Source of the DNA: Tubiluchus corallicola
Taxonomy: Eukaryota > Animalia > Priapulida
NCBI GenBank assembly: GCA_030141605.1
Contig: JAQGDQ010000685.1
Location: 1-64,000, forward strand
Direction of reading: 5' to 3'
DNA: 64,000 nt
The notes below the pieces were generated by a model. The model saw nothing but the letters and a program-made list of their open reading frames with translations, had not been told where the DNA came from and ran no database searches. Shown one piece after another: positions 1 through 13,400 of this stretch. Position 1 is the stretch's first letter. Each line of letters opens with the position of its first letter. A program made the position numbers and the translations under genes.

Positions 1-506
1 CCACCTCTGTATCTCTTTAGCCTTCACATTAAAAAGCAAGGGCTATTGAAATTTGGTTTCTCTCCCACTGGGGCAGGGGTGAAAACGTAGGATGTTTGAA
101 ACTCAGACAAATCCATACAGTAGTAATTTAAGAATAAATTGAATTATGCATCGTCGTTAATGGCATCACGAAGGAGATATCCGTCTATCTTGTACTTTGT
201 GATCAAATAACAATGCCTTAAGTAATTTAGCAAAAGATTTGACACGGGGTCAGATCAGTGTGTGGAATTGTTTGAAAAAAAGCAACTAACAGCTTTTCCC
301 ACACCGAATTCTATTCAAACTCAATGAGCAAGGTTCCAGTCTTACCACAATGATCCAGGAAAAAAGCAACTGACAGCTTTTCCCACACCCAATTCTATTC
401 AAACTCAATGAATTATGATGTGTTGAACTATACAGTTAGGTAATAAAGTTACATGTTTTCCTTTGCTGTTCATTCACATTGACAAATGCAGCTGTGTTGT
501 TTGCAG

Positions 507-727
507 CTGTGACTTGCCCAGCTGGAAAACAGCATACAGATTATGGTACCACGTGCCCCACACCGGTCAGGCTTTCGACTGCGATGAGGCGAATGTTTCG
601 ACGGCTGCGTCATCCGACTGACACGGTATTGGATAAAGACACGTGTGTCGTCCAGGAGGATTGTCCGTGTAACCACCAGGGCAGTTTATAAAACTGGTGA
701 TACCGTTGAGATGGACTGTAATACTTG
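507..727 (+). pseudogene. Inverted, frameshifted copy of the TIL exon (1665-1434)
   Basis: Same sequence with small deletions (gaggcggaatg>gaggcgaatg, cagggggcag>cagggcag, a deletion in acgacgtgtcgggg); may be an assembly artefact. Confidence 0.75.
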
Positions 728-1042
728 GTAACTGTTTAACTCTTTCCTTTATAAATGGAAAAAAATTTTGCAATATTAAAGTCCCTATCAGCATTTAAAA
801 CAAAATTAAAATCACTAATATTAACCAGATATGAAATACCATCACACCAGTACGACAACATACACACTAATTCAGAATTCATATACCCACGGCCATATTA
901 ATTAAATCATAGTTTTTTTATTTTTTATGTTTTTTTGGAAAAATAAGTGCATGCGATGTACCAGAACTATCTTAGTGTTCGACTGGTAGATTGCGATCAA
1001 CATAATTGGTAGGCTTACAGCAAAAAAATTATTGAACATTTT

Positions 1043-1382
1043 ATATATAATAATCTTTATTTGCCATTAAAATACATTGATAATCACTGATAAAAACTTT
1101 ACAGAGATGATCAATCAGTGTTAGTTAATAAAAACTTACACTGCTAAAGGCAAATACGTCAGTGCAATCTAAACTACTGTGCAGTAATGGAAAGTAACGA
1201 CGAATAAAATCAAACATATTTACAAATATGCACAAAAAATGAAAAAAACTATGATTTAATTAATATGGCCGTGGGTATATGAATTCTGAATTAGTGTGTA
1301 TGTTGTCGTACCGGTGTGATGGTATTTCATATCTGGTTAATATTAGTGATTTTAATTTTGTTTTAAATGCTGATAGGGACTT
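1043..1382. repeat. Dispersed ~340-bp repeat, second copy at ~52260-52598
   Basis: tatataataatctttatttgccattaaaatacattg...atagggact is near-identical at both sites and follows a (TA)n run. Confidence 0.85.
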
Positions 1383-1433
1383 TAATATTGCAAAATTTTT
1401 TTCCATTTATAAAGGAAAGAGTTAAACAGTTAC

Positions 1434-4400
1434 CAAGTATTACAGTCCATCTCAACGGTATCACCAGTTTTATAAACTGCCCCCTGGTGGTTACACGGAC
1501 AATCCTCCTGGACGACACACGTGTCTTTATCCAATACCGTGTCAGTCGGACAGACGCAGCCGTCGAAACATTCCGCCTCATCGCAGTCGAAAGCCTGACC
1601 CCGACACGTCGTGGGGCACGTGGTACCACAATCTGTATGCTGTTTTCCAGCTGGGCAAGTCACAGCTGCAAACAACACAGCTGCATTAGTCAATGTAAAG
1701 AATGAAACAGCAAAGGAAAACATGTAACTTTATAACACTAACTGTATAGTTCAACACATCATAATTCATTGAGTTTGAATAGAATTGGGTGTGGGAAAAA
1801 GCTGTCAGTTGCTTTTTTCCTGGATCATTGTGGTAAGACTGGAACCTTGCTCAATGAGTTTGAATAGAATTCGGTGTGGGAAAAGCTGTCAGTTGCGTTT
1901 TTTCAAACAATTCCACACACTACAGTCTGACCCCCCCCCCTTGCTCATTTCCAGCAATTTTTGATGTCAAATCTTTTCCTAAATTACTCAAGGCATTGTT
2001 ATTTGATCACAAAGTACCTAAGATACACGGATATCTCCTTCGTGATACCATTAACGACGATGCATAATTCAATTTATTCTTAAATTACTACTGTATGGAT
2101 TTGTCTGAGTTTCAAACATCCTACGTTTTCACCCCCGCCCCAGTGGGAGAGAAACCAAATTTCAATAGCCCTTGCTTTTTAATGTGAAGGCTAAAGAGAT
2201 ACAGAGGTGGGGGGGGGGGGGGGGACAGGAGGCAATGGCCCCCAGACACAAGGGCGAGAGAGTGTTAATTATTAATTACTAATCCGACATTAACAAAATA
2301 ATTAACAAATGATTTCAAACAACAACAAAATTGCCTAGTCAGAGCTCAACTTAGCTGACTTAATTACTACATACAGAATGACATACAAAAGAAGTTGATC
2401 ATCACGACTAGAAGGGCTGGTTCAATCAGTGACTTTTCAAAACTAACTTAATCCAAATAGAAGCAGTTCTGGAAAATCAACTTACGACACAACTCGTCGG
2501 TTCTCCAGGTTTCGCCAAAAGCTGGGAACAACCTATAGCAGTCGCGAAAGAAAGCCTCAAAAGTGTTGCAAGCGCAGTCTTGCCTTTCAGCGGAACAGCT
2601 ACATACGTCTTGTCTACAAGCTTCAACATAGCGATTAATATTGAGTATCTGTAAGAAACATAAATCACTTCTAACATTGAGTAGCTGTAAGAAACATAAA
2701 TCACTTCTAACACTGAGTATCTGTAAGAAACATAAATCACTTCTAACATTGAGTAGCTGTAAGAAGAATAAATCACTTCTAATACTGAGTATCTGTAAGA
2801 AACATAAATCACTTCTAACATTGAGCATCTATGAGAAGAATAAAACACTTCTAACATTGAGTATCTGTAAGAAGAATAGATCACTTCTAACACTGCGTAT
2901 CTGTAAGAAACATAAATCACTTCTAACATTGAGTATCTGTAAGAAGAATAGATCACTTATAACATTGAGTATCTCTAAGAAACATAAATCACTTCTAACA
3001 CTGAGTATCTGTAAGAAGAATAGATCACTTCTAATACTGAGTATCTGTAAGAAGAATAAATCACTTCTAACACTGAGTATCTGTAAGAAGAATAGATCAC
3101 TTCTAATACTGAGTATCTGTAAGGAACATAAATCACTTCTAACACTGAGTATCTGTAAGAAACATAAATCACTTCTAACACTGAGTAGCTGTAAGAAACA
3201 TAAATCACTTCTAACACTGAGTATCTGTAAGAAACATAAATCACTTCTAACATTGAGTAGCTGTAAGAAGAATAAATCACTTCTAATACTGAGTATCTGT
3301 AAGAAACATAAATCACTTCTAACATTGAGCATCTATGAGAAGAATAAAACACTTCTAACATTGAGTATCTGTAAGAAGAATAGATCACTTCTAACATTGA
3401 GTATCTGTAAGAAGAATAAATCACTTCTAACACTGAGCATCTGTAAGAAGAATAGATCACTTATAACATTGAGTATCTGTAAGAAACATAAATCACTTCT
3501 AACATTGAGTATCTGTAAGAAGAATAGATCACTTCTAACATTGAGTATCTGTAAGAAGAATAAATCACTTCTAACACTGAGTATCTGTAAGAAGAATAAA
3601 TCACTTATAACATTGAGTATCTGTAAGAAACATAAATCACTTCTAACATTGAGTATCTGTAAGAAGAATAGATCACTTCTAACACTGAGTATCTGTAAGA
3701 AGAATAAATCACTTCTAACACTGAGTATCTGTAAGAAGAATAAATCATTTATAACACTGAGCATCTGTAAGAAGAATAAATCACTTATAACATTGAGTAT
3801 CTCTAAGAAACATAAATCACTTCTAACATTGAGTATCTGTAAGAAGAATAAATCACTTCTAACACTGAGTATCTGTAAGAAGAATAGATCACTTCTAATA
3901 CTGAGTATCTGTAAGAAGAATAAATCACTTATAACATTGAGTATCTGTAAGAAGAATAGATCACTTATAACATTGAGTATCTCTAAGAAACATAAATCAC
4001 TTCTAACACTGAGTATCTGTAAGAAGAATAGATCACTTCTAATACTGAGTATCTGTAAGAAGAATAAATCACTTCTGACACTGAGTATCTGTAAGAAGAA
4101 TAGATCACTTCTAATACTGAGTATCTGTAAGAAGAATAGATCACTTCTAATACTGAGTATCTGTAAGGAACATAAATCACTTCTAACATTGAGTATCTGT
4201 AAGAAACATAAATCACTTCTAACACTGAGTAGCTGTAAGAAACATAAATCACTTCTAACACTGAGTATCTGTAAGAAACATAAATCACTTCTAACATTGA
4301 ATAGCTGTAAGAAGAATAAATCACTTCTAATACTGAGTATCTGTAAGAAACATAAATCACTTCTAACATTGAGCATCTATGAGAAGAATAAAACACTTCT

Positions 4401-7400
4401 AACATTGAGTATCTGTAAGAAGAATAGATCACTTCTAACATTGAGTATCTGTAAGAAGAATAAATCACTTCTAACACTGAGCATCTGTAAGAAGAATAGA
4501 TCACTTGTAACATTGAGTATCTATACAATCTGAAGTAAGGCTCAGGCGGCTAACCATTTAAATGTTTAATCAACCGCTAACTACCGTACCGTCTAGAAAA
4601 TCACTAACTGTTTAACCATTTCTTAGCAAAGTTTTCTATTAATGAAACCTCTTATCTTTTCTCAATTGGTGTATGCAGTTAGCAATGTTCCGCATGCATA
4701 TAATTGTATTATTAACAACATTTTTCACTTGTTTAGATACAAGGATGCCACCATGTTGGACATTCTCACCGCTGCATTTGAATCGCACTACTTACTCGTG
4801 CAAAGAATGAATGTGTGAATGTATGAAGTTTAAACGGTTAATTATTAAGCCTAACCATCTTAGCCCTAATCTGAATCAATTACACGATAAATATATGCAA
4901 CGTTATTATTTCAGTCCTACCTTAGAACAAGACTGATATTTTTCATTGTTACGGACTAGTTCCTCTAAGCGCTTGCATTCGTTTAATGCTTTGGTGACGA
5001 CGGCTAAACCTGAAACGTCGCCTCGCAGCGCAAAAGTGTTGCAAGTGTTATCACGGTTTTCAGTTGCTGGACAATCGTCTGTAAAACACAAATAAAAAAC
5101 TGACAAGGAATTCAATGCTTTGCACATGTATCAGCATGCAACGAAATACTTTGTACATAGCATAGCAAGAAAACCAATGCTTTGTATGTGGCATAGCAAG
5201 GAAAGAAATGCTTTTCACTTGGTATAGCATGAAACTCTTTTCATATGCATCAGCATGCAAATAAATGCTTTGTACATAGCACAGCAAGTAAACAAATGCT
5301 TTGTACATAGCATAGCAAGGAAACAAATGTTTTGTACGTGGCATAGCAAGGAAACAAATGCTTTGTACATGGCATAGCAAGGAAACAAATGCTTTGTACA
5401 TAGCATAGCAAGAAAACAAATGCTTTGTACATGGCATAGCAAAGAAACAAATGCTTTGTATGTGGCATAACAAGGAAACAATGCCTTTCACATGGCATAG
5501 CATGAAACTCTGCATATGCATCAGCATACAAAGAAATACTTTGTACATAGCATAGCAAGAAAACCAATGCTTTGTATGTGGCATAGCAAGGAAAGAAATG
5601 CTTTGCACTTGGTATAGCATGAAACTCTTTTCATATGCATCAGCATGCAAATAAATGCTTTGTACATAGCACAGCAAGTAAACAAATGCTTTGTACATAG
5701 CATAGCAAGTAAACAAATGCCTTTCACATGGCATAGCATGAAACTCTTTTCATATGCATCAGCATGCAAAGAAATACTTTATACATAGCACAGCAAGTAA
5801 ACAAAAGCTTTGTACATAGCATAGCAAGTAAACAAAAGCTTTATTCAGACTCTTGCAAACTATAGCAGTAGTATTATCACAAGCCATTTTAATACACAGC
5901 TCATTTTAAAGTGAAGGGTTGCAGCGGGACCAGCACATAGCTCACTATCAAGAACAATCTGGAACTCTAGAACTATGCAGAAGCCAAAGAAATTACTGAA
6001 AAAAGTGACTGAACAGGCCAGCACCCAACCATTTACAAACCAGACCCGGCACACTTTAATTATACTGCCAAGCATAATCCCTTCTTGTGTGAATTTAAAG
6101 AATTTGTATTATTCCGCCGACCACATTTTCTCACACTCATACTGTGCCTACCATTTGGGCCGTTCATTCGCCAACTGCGTACAAAATCCAAGACAGAAGA
6201 GGCTACATGGCCATCAATGTTCGTGAAGTCGTTGGACACATCGTTGTCGTAGATGCCGCACAAACCGCACGTCTTGTCTCTCATGGCATCGGTTACCTAC
6301 ATCAACGATACTCAATGTTATCTCCTATAACAAAGTTAACAGCTTGGAAACGGCACAAAATGGTGATGACTTATTGGACAACAATGTAACTTCAGTCATA
6401 CTGATTCATCATTTGACAGTTATACAAAAAACTTGCTCTCCTACAATGTCTTGCCGCGCAAAGTATTTATCACAAGTGATACTACTACTTACAAAAAGTA
6501 CAGCATATTAAAGATGGCGAAATTTTGTCTAGCTAGAACCTTGTCTAGTTCATTTTTTCTTGTTCAAAAGCAAGATCCTGCTAGTAAATCACTCTATGCA
6601 CACACTAATGCACAATTAAGTAAAGTCCATGTAAAAAACTGAACTTACTGAACTGATGCACTAGACGGCTTTGCCCTACCCACATGTCACATGATGATTC
6701 TAGTTAAGACGCACTGCTGTGGTACACTTAACCTTTAACCCACTGCAACTGCACGTGCGCACAACCAAACTATGAAAAGTTTACTTTACGTCAGGGGTGT
6801 GCAAATTATCTGACTAGCCGGGCCACATTAAACTTTCCCGCAATTCCTGCGGGCCACAGGCAGTTTGATCAAGGAGCCAAGTACAGAAATGCCTAATAAT
6901 GATTTTTTGCATCCGACCTGCGTACATCATTACTACTACACTCAAGAAACTATTTTAGAAGTTATTAAAATTCATATTACAAATCATATATTTCTACTTT
7001 CAGGACAAATAGTGGTAATTTCATTACAATGCATATTAGTAATGTGTACCACACAGTCTGTGTAGTACAGTGACATTAAGCTACAACCGTCTTGTAACGG
7101 TTAATGGCATCCGATCTAGTAGAAAAAAACTACCCGCACTATCTTTGGGATCGTGGCACGGACTTCAGCTGGATACACTCAATTAATGGCCCGGGCCGCA
7201 CTTTCATTAGGTTGACAAATCTCTTCGCGGGCCGCACATATTCTCTCGGCGGGCAGCATGTGGCCCGCGGGCCGCAATTTGCACACCCCTGCTTTACGTC
7301 AACATTTTCTAACAAAGTGATACGTACATCTACAAATATGCCTTCTCGGCCGTCCCATCTCAGGCGGAAGTTGTCTGCCTTTACAACTACAAATGCTGCA

Positions 7401-10400
7401 ACTTTTTCTACCAGTAATTCCTTATTTACTACGACTGGCATGTCCAGTTCCTTCTGCCCTCCGAGTACCACTGGCTCTCCTGAAAAAGAGAAACCAGGAG
7501 AAATTAGGTGTGAAATCATTACACTTTCAATAACATTTTAGTGAAAAAACTTTGTAAAATTTAGATGTCAAATAAGCTCACAAGCTTTAACTCCTTCAGG
7601 CCGGCACTACTCAAAATAGGTCTTTATAAGACTTTTCTGCTATGGTATGAGCACAGACATAAGCTCCGCTATGTAATCATGCTATGAAATCATGGTATGC
7701 ACAGAATCTCGGATATGTAATCATAAACAACACACAAACAAAACACAAACAAACACAAACCGATATGTAATCATGGTATCACACAGAATTGGATATGTAA
7801 TCATGCTATGTAATCATGGTATAGCACAGAATTTCGGATATGAAATCATGGTATGTAATCATGGTATGAGCACAGAATCTCGGCTATGTAATCATGCTAT
7901 GTAATCATGGTATGAGCACAGAATTTCGGATATGTAATAATGCTATGTAATCATGGTATCACCACAGAATTTCGGATATGTAATCATGCTATGAAATCAT
8001 GGTATGAGCACAGAATTTCGGATATGTAATCATGCTATGTAATCATGGTATCAGCAGAGAATCTCGGATATGTAATCATGCTATGTAATCATGGTATCAG
8101 CACAGAATTTCGGATATGTAATCATGCTATGAAATCATGGTATGAGCACAGAATCTCGGATATGTAATCATGGTATCAGCACAGAATTTCGGATATGTAA
8201 TCATGCTATGAAATCATGGTAAGAATTTCGGATATGTAATCATGCTATGAATCATGGTATAGCACAGAATCGGTATGTAATCATGCTATGAATCATGGTA
8301 TAGCACAGAATTCGGATATGTAATATGCTATGTAATCATGGTATCACACAGAATTTCGGATATGTAATCATGCTATGAAATCATGGTATGAGCACAGAAT
8401 CTCGGATATGTAATCATGCTATGTAATCATGGTATCAGCACAGAATCTCGGATATGTAATCATGCTATGTAATCATGGTATGAGCACAGAATTTCGGATA
8501 TGTAATCATGCTATGTAACATGGTATGAGCACAGAATTTCGGATATGTAATCATGCTATGTAATCATGGTATCAGCACAGAATCTCGGATATGTAATCAT
8601 GCTATGTAATCATGGTATGAGCACAGAATTTCGGATATGTAATCATGCTATGTAATCATGGTATCAGCACAGAATTTCGGATATGTAATCATGCTATGAA
8701 ATCATGGTATGAGCACAGAATCTCGGATATGTAATCATGCTATGTAATCATGGTATCAGCACAGAATTTCGGATATGTAATCATGCTATGGAATCATGGT
8801 ATCAGCACAGAATTTCGGATATGTAATCCTGCTATGTAATCATGGTATCAGCACAGAATCTCGGCTATGTAATCATGCTATTTGTTTAAACATTTACAAA
8901 TGATTTAATTGGATAAAATCAAGAATAATACACCCTCCTTAGGCACTTCAACTTAGCCTATTGAGTAGCTCAGTCTGGTATACACTTGCATGATCGTACA
9001 CTATTGATCACCTGCTTTCTACAGTCCAAGAGAATTGTCTGTTGTACTAAGTTCCAGGAAAGACCAACTGATCAGCCAAGGAGAAATTAGGGGTCGTTTC
9101 GTTTTTTTAACAGGAATTTCCCTTTAAAAATAGAGTAGACTTGAGACCAAAGTTTATCAGAGTGTTGTGTCTGGATAGTTGAAATTTTCTACATTAGTCA
9201 ATTTCACACAAGTGATGCTGTACATTGTTACGGTGCAAACACTGCAGTTACTGAAAGCTTTTTTCAATTTTTTCATCAAAAATCGATTTTTAATTTGTCT
9301 AAGGTAAGCAAATGCATTTCATATATATTTCTGCATGAAAGAACATCGTGTGAGGAGTAGAAACCTACAAAAATTATCAAATATAGTTTAATCGCTGCTC
9401 AGCGGAGGAAGCAGTTTTTCACGAACGCATGTAAAATGCAGCAAAAGCTTGCGGTCCTGAAAGAGTTAATGGAATGATTGGGTCTCATGCAGTCGCAATA
9501 TATGGCCTCCAATCAATTATAACGCTATTTTAATATACCTGTATGTAAATTAAACATACACTGTTGTCGTTTCTTCTCCTCTTTTCCTCCTTCCTATCCC
9601 TAATCTTACTATTTTTCTCCATTCCATCATGTCTACTAACCCTAACCATTCTTTCATTCACTCATCCTCCCCTCCCTTCCTTCTTCCTATCCCTAATCTT
9701 ACTATTTTTTCCATTCCATCATGTCTACTAACCCTAACCATTCTTTCATTCACTCATTTGTGATACCCTAACAAGCCAAGCTTTCAAAGTGTCATACAGC
9801 AACTCTTTTATTTGGTTAATTTGACTTCATCAACGTTTTTTTACCTATACTGTTTATTTTTGTTTCAATAATATTGTATGTTGATGTATTGTATATGTAT
9901 TGCTGGAGTGAAATAAATTGATTGATTGATTGATATCCTATTTTTAAATATTTCAAATTAATCAGTTCTGGGGCCAAATAAGTGAAATGTTAATTGAAGT
10001 GTGATATTATTAGTTTGTAAACTATCCAGATTTATAAGAAACAGACATTTGCAATATTGTTAAGCGGTACCTGAACAACCTCACACCTGCAACAGACATA
10101 CCTGTAATTTCATCTGCTTTGAGAATAATTTGAGCTCCAGATGCGTAAACGACAACCTGCCGCCTACACGGCGTATCCGCTCCGCAATATCTATCATTCA
10201 CAATGTGGATACTGAAAGCACCATCTTTGCAATCTTTAGCTAATGCGTAACTGCACTGCCCGTGGAAAAAGAAGACTTGTCCGTCAAAGCTCCGGTAATG
10301 TGACTGACTCCATGCGGAGCAGGTGGAGACATACCCCGATGTTGCTGGAGTGGAATAGTGACATATTAACCACTTGTGATGTTCAAAATAGTACAACACA

Positions 10401-13400
10401 ACAATATACAACGAGTAAATAAAGACTTGTTTATACAGTAGGCATCGCTTAATAGACTCATTTTGGGACGAGTGTTTTGGCCTAATCAATTGACTGATTC
10501 AATTAGCCGACGGGTGTAGTCTATTACTACTATAGAAGTATGACACATGACTCATCACTTTAGTACGCATTGCAAAGACTTTAAATGAATTTTGAAATAA
10601 ATTAATATCAAAATTTGTACGTACAATTATTATTTAATAATAATAATAAGTGAATTAATGAAAAAAGAAAATAAAAAATTGCACAAATGATTATTACCAC
10701 TAGAAATTAAAAAAATTCATGCAAGGCGAATTGCTTCATTTCTTCAGGAAGAAGTTGGTTTATGAAATTCTCATAATGATAAAAACATTGAAAATCTGTT
10801 ACTGTATACTGTAAATATTCACTCAAAACACCTAGTCACCTAGTGCTTGAGCTGCAGTGATGACCTTGTTTCTCCTGTGAAAAAAAACTGCGGGAACTTC
10901 AAAAGCAAACCACTGGTCAAGTGATTAAATGTTTAGCTTCCAGAAACAACGAGGTTAACTGCACTGGACAAGCGGATGACAGATTCAAAGCAAACCACTG
11001 GTCAAGTGATTAAATGTTTAGCTTCCAGAAACAACGAGGTTAACTGCAGTGGACAAGCGGGTAGCAGATTCAAAGCAAAACCGCTGGTCAAGTCATTAAA
11101 TGTTTAGCTTCCAGAAACAGCGAGGTTAACTGCAGTGGACAAGCGGGTGACAGATTCAAAGCAAACCGCTGGTCAAGTGATTAAATGTTTAGCTTCCAGA
11201 AACAACGAGGTTAACTGCAGTGGACAAGCGGGTGACAGATTCAAAGCAAACCACTGGTCAAGTGATTAAATGTTTAGCTTCCAGAAACAACGAGGTTAAT
11301 TGCAGTGGACAAGCGGGTGACAGATTCAAAGCAAACCGCTGGTCAAGTGATTAAATGTTTAGCTTCCAGAAACAACGAGGTTAACTGCAGTGGACAAGCG
11401 GGTGACAGATTCAAAGCAAACCACTGGTCAAGTGATTAAATGTTTAGCTTCCAGAAACAACGAGGTTAACTGCAGTGGACAAGCGGGTGACAGATTCAAA
11501 GCAAAACCACTGGTCAAGTGATTAAATGTTTAGCTTCCAGAAACAACGAGGTTAACTGCAGTGGACAAGCGGGTGACAGATTCAAAGCAAAACCGCTGGT
11601 CAAGTGATTAAATGTTTAGCTTCCAGAAACAACGAGGTTAACTGCAGTGGACAAGCGGGTGACAGATTCAAAGCAAACCGCTGGTCAAGTGATTAAATGT
11701 TTAGCTTCCAGAAACAACGAGGTTAACTGCAGTGGACAAGCGGATGACAGATTCAAAGCAAAACCACTGGTCAAGTGATTAAATGTTTAGCTTCCAGAAA
11801 CAATGAGGTTAACTGCAGTGGACAAGCGGGTGACAGACTGAAAGCAAAACCACTGGTCAAGTGATTAAATGTTTAGCTTCCAGAAACAATGAGGTTAACT
11901 GCAGTGGACAAGCGGATGACAGATTCAAAGCAAAACCGCTGGTCAAGTGATTAAATGTTTAGCTTCCAGAAACAATGAGGTTAACTGCAGTGGACAAGCG
12001 GGTGACAGATTCAAAGCAAAACCGCTGGTCAAGTGATTAAATGTTTAGCTTCCAGAAACAATGAGGTTAACTGCAGTGGACAAGCGGGTGACAGATTCAA
12101 AGCAAACCGCTGGTCAAGTGAATTAAATGTTTAGCGTCCAGAAACAACGAGGTTAACTGCAGTGGACAAGCGGGTGACAGATTCAAAGCAAACCCGCTAA
12201 GCTAACATATTAGTGAATGTGATAAACATACTGTACCTGCTTATAAACAAAGCTGTACTTAACACGACTGTTTCTACCTATATTGTACTGCACAACATCG
12301 ACACAAAGATGATATAGGAGCAGCAAAAGCCCTTTGGGGACACACAAGTGCCTTATTTTAAGTGCCTGAAGTAAAACTACTGAATCAATTAGGCGGAGTT
12401 ATTTGAGTCAGTTATCGACAGGTTTTATATACGTTTGAACAGAAGCGGCCCGTTCCAAACATTTATGAAACAATGAAGTGACAGAGTCGATTAACCGTGA
12501 GTCTAATAAAAGCCACCTACTGTATTTTTATTTTGTAAAACTGTAATATGGAAAAAAAGAACAACATCATCACAGAGTCTTGTAATATGAGCAGCTATGA
12601 CATATGAATAATCTGAATAACTGTAATATTACAGCTTTAACAAATCACTAAAAATGGACGTTAACAAATAAAATGTGTCTCTCAAATACTCATTTCAGAT
12701 ACAATAAACAAAAATGGTTTAATCATAAGCTGAACTAAATCTCAAGTCACTCGCAACCAAACATCATACCTTCCGCCATTGACCGCAGGTCAGCAGTGAG
12801 AGGTTCGGGTTTTCTCGATCGCGGAACACATTTCGGAGCAACTGCAGGAGTCCAACGACCCGTCACATCACATTCAAAAACATCGGACTGAGGAACATCG
12901 AACTTCCAACCGTCCGGGCACGAAACGGTGCACTCGCTTGACTGTTGAGTGTGCACGCATTTCATTGTCCCGACGAAACCCAATGTGTTCATATCACAGT
13001 TTGAAATTGCTAAAAATACAAAAGTTTGTCTTAAATATAAAGTAAAAATAGTTCCATCATTAGATCACAGGTGTTACAATCAAGTTTTCATCATCATTAG
13101 ATCACAGGTGTTACAATCAAGTTTTCATAGAAGTTTTATTTCTAGTGTAAACAAATTTAACTTTGCAAAGCACTGCACTGTTGAAAATCAGCATAAAATA
13201 TTTTTAAGCTTTTCTTATTTGCTGAAAAATTACAAATTATTAGATTTAATATTTTATTTCAAACTTCACAAGGTTCATATACACATCACAAATTAATACA
13301 AATAATACAATAAATCATGACACACGACAATAACACAAATAACAATTAACGATATAATAAACTACGCCAATGACATCTAATTACAGAAGTAAAGTTTGCA

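Larger units (their letters stand above)
1..2210. repeat. Long inverted duplication (fold-back): ~1-930 is the reverse complement of ~1235-2210
   Basis: ccacctctgtatctctttagcc at position 1 is the reverse complement of ggctaaagagatacagaggtgg ending at 2210; the match continues through both arms. Confidence 0.95.

Noticed and set aside
2651-4520. Plus-strand units read GTAAGA...CTAAC...AG like tiny introns
   Set aside because: GTAAG is simply the reverse complement of the acceptor's CTTAC; no plus-strand gene context.
2641-4533. 630-aa plus-strand ORF and overlapping minus ORFs
   Set aside because: Translations of the 36-bp minisatellite (period divisible by 3), intronic to the hemocytin-like gene.
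10897-12197. CRISPR-like appearance of regular repeats here and elsewhere
   Set aside because: Head-to-tail units with no unique spacers, no cas genes, and a eukaryotic context.
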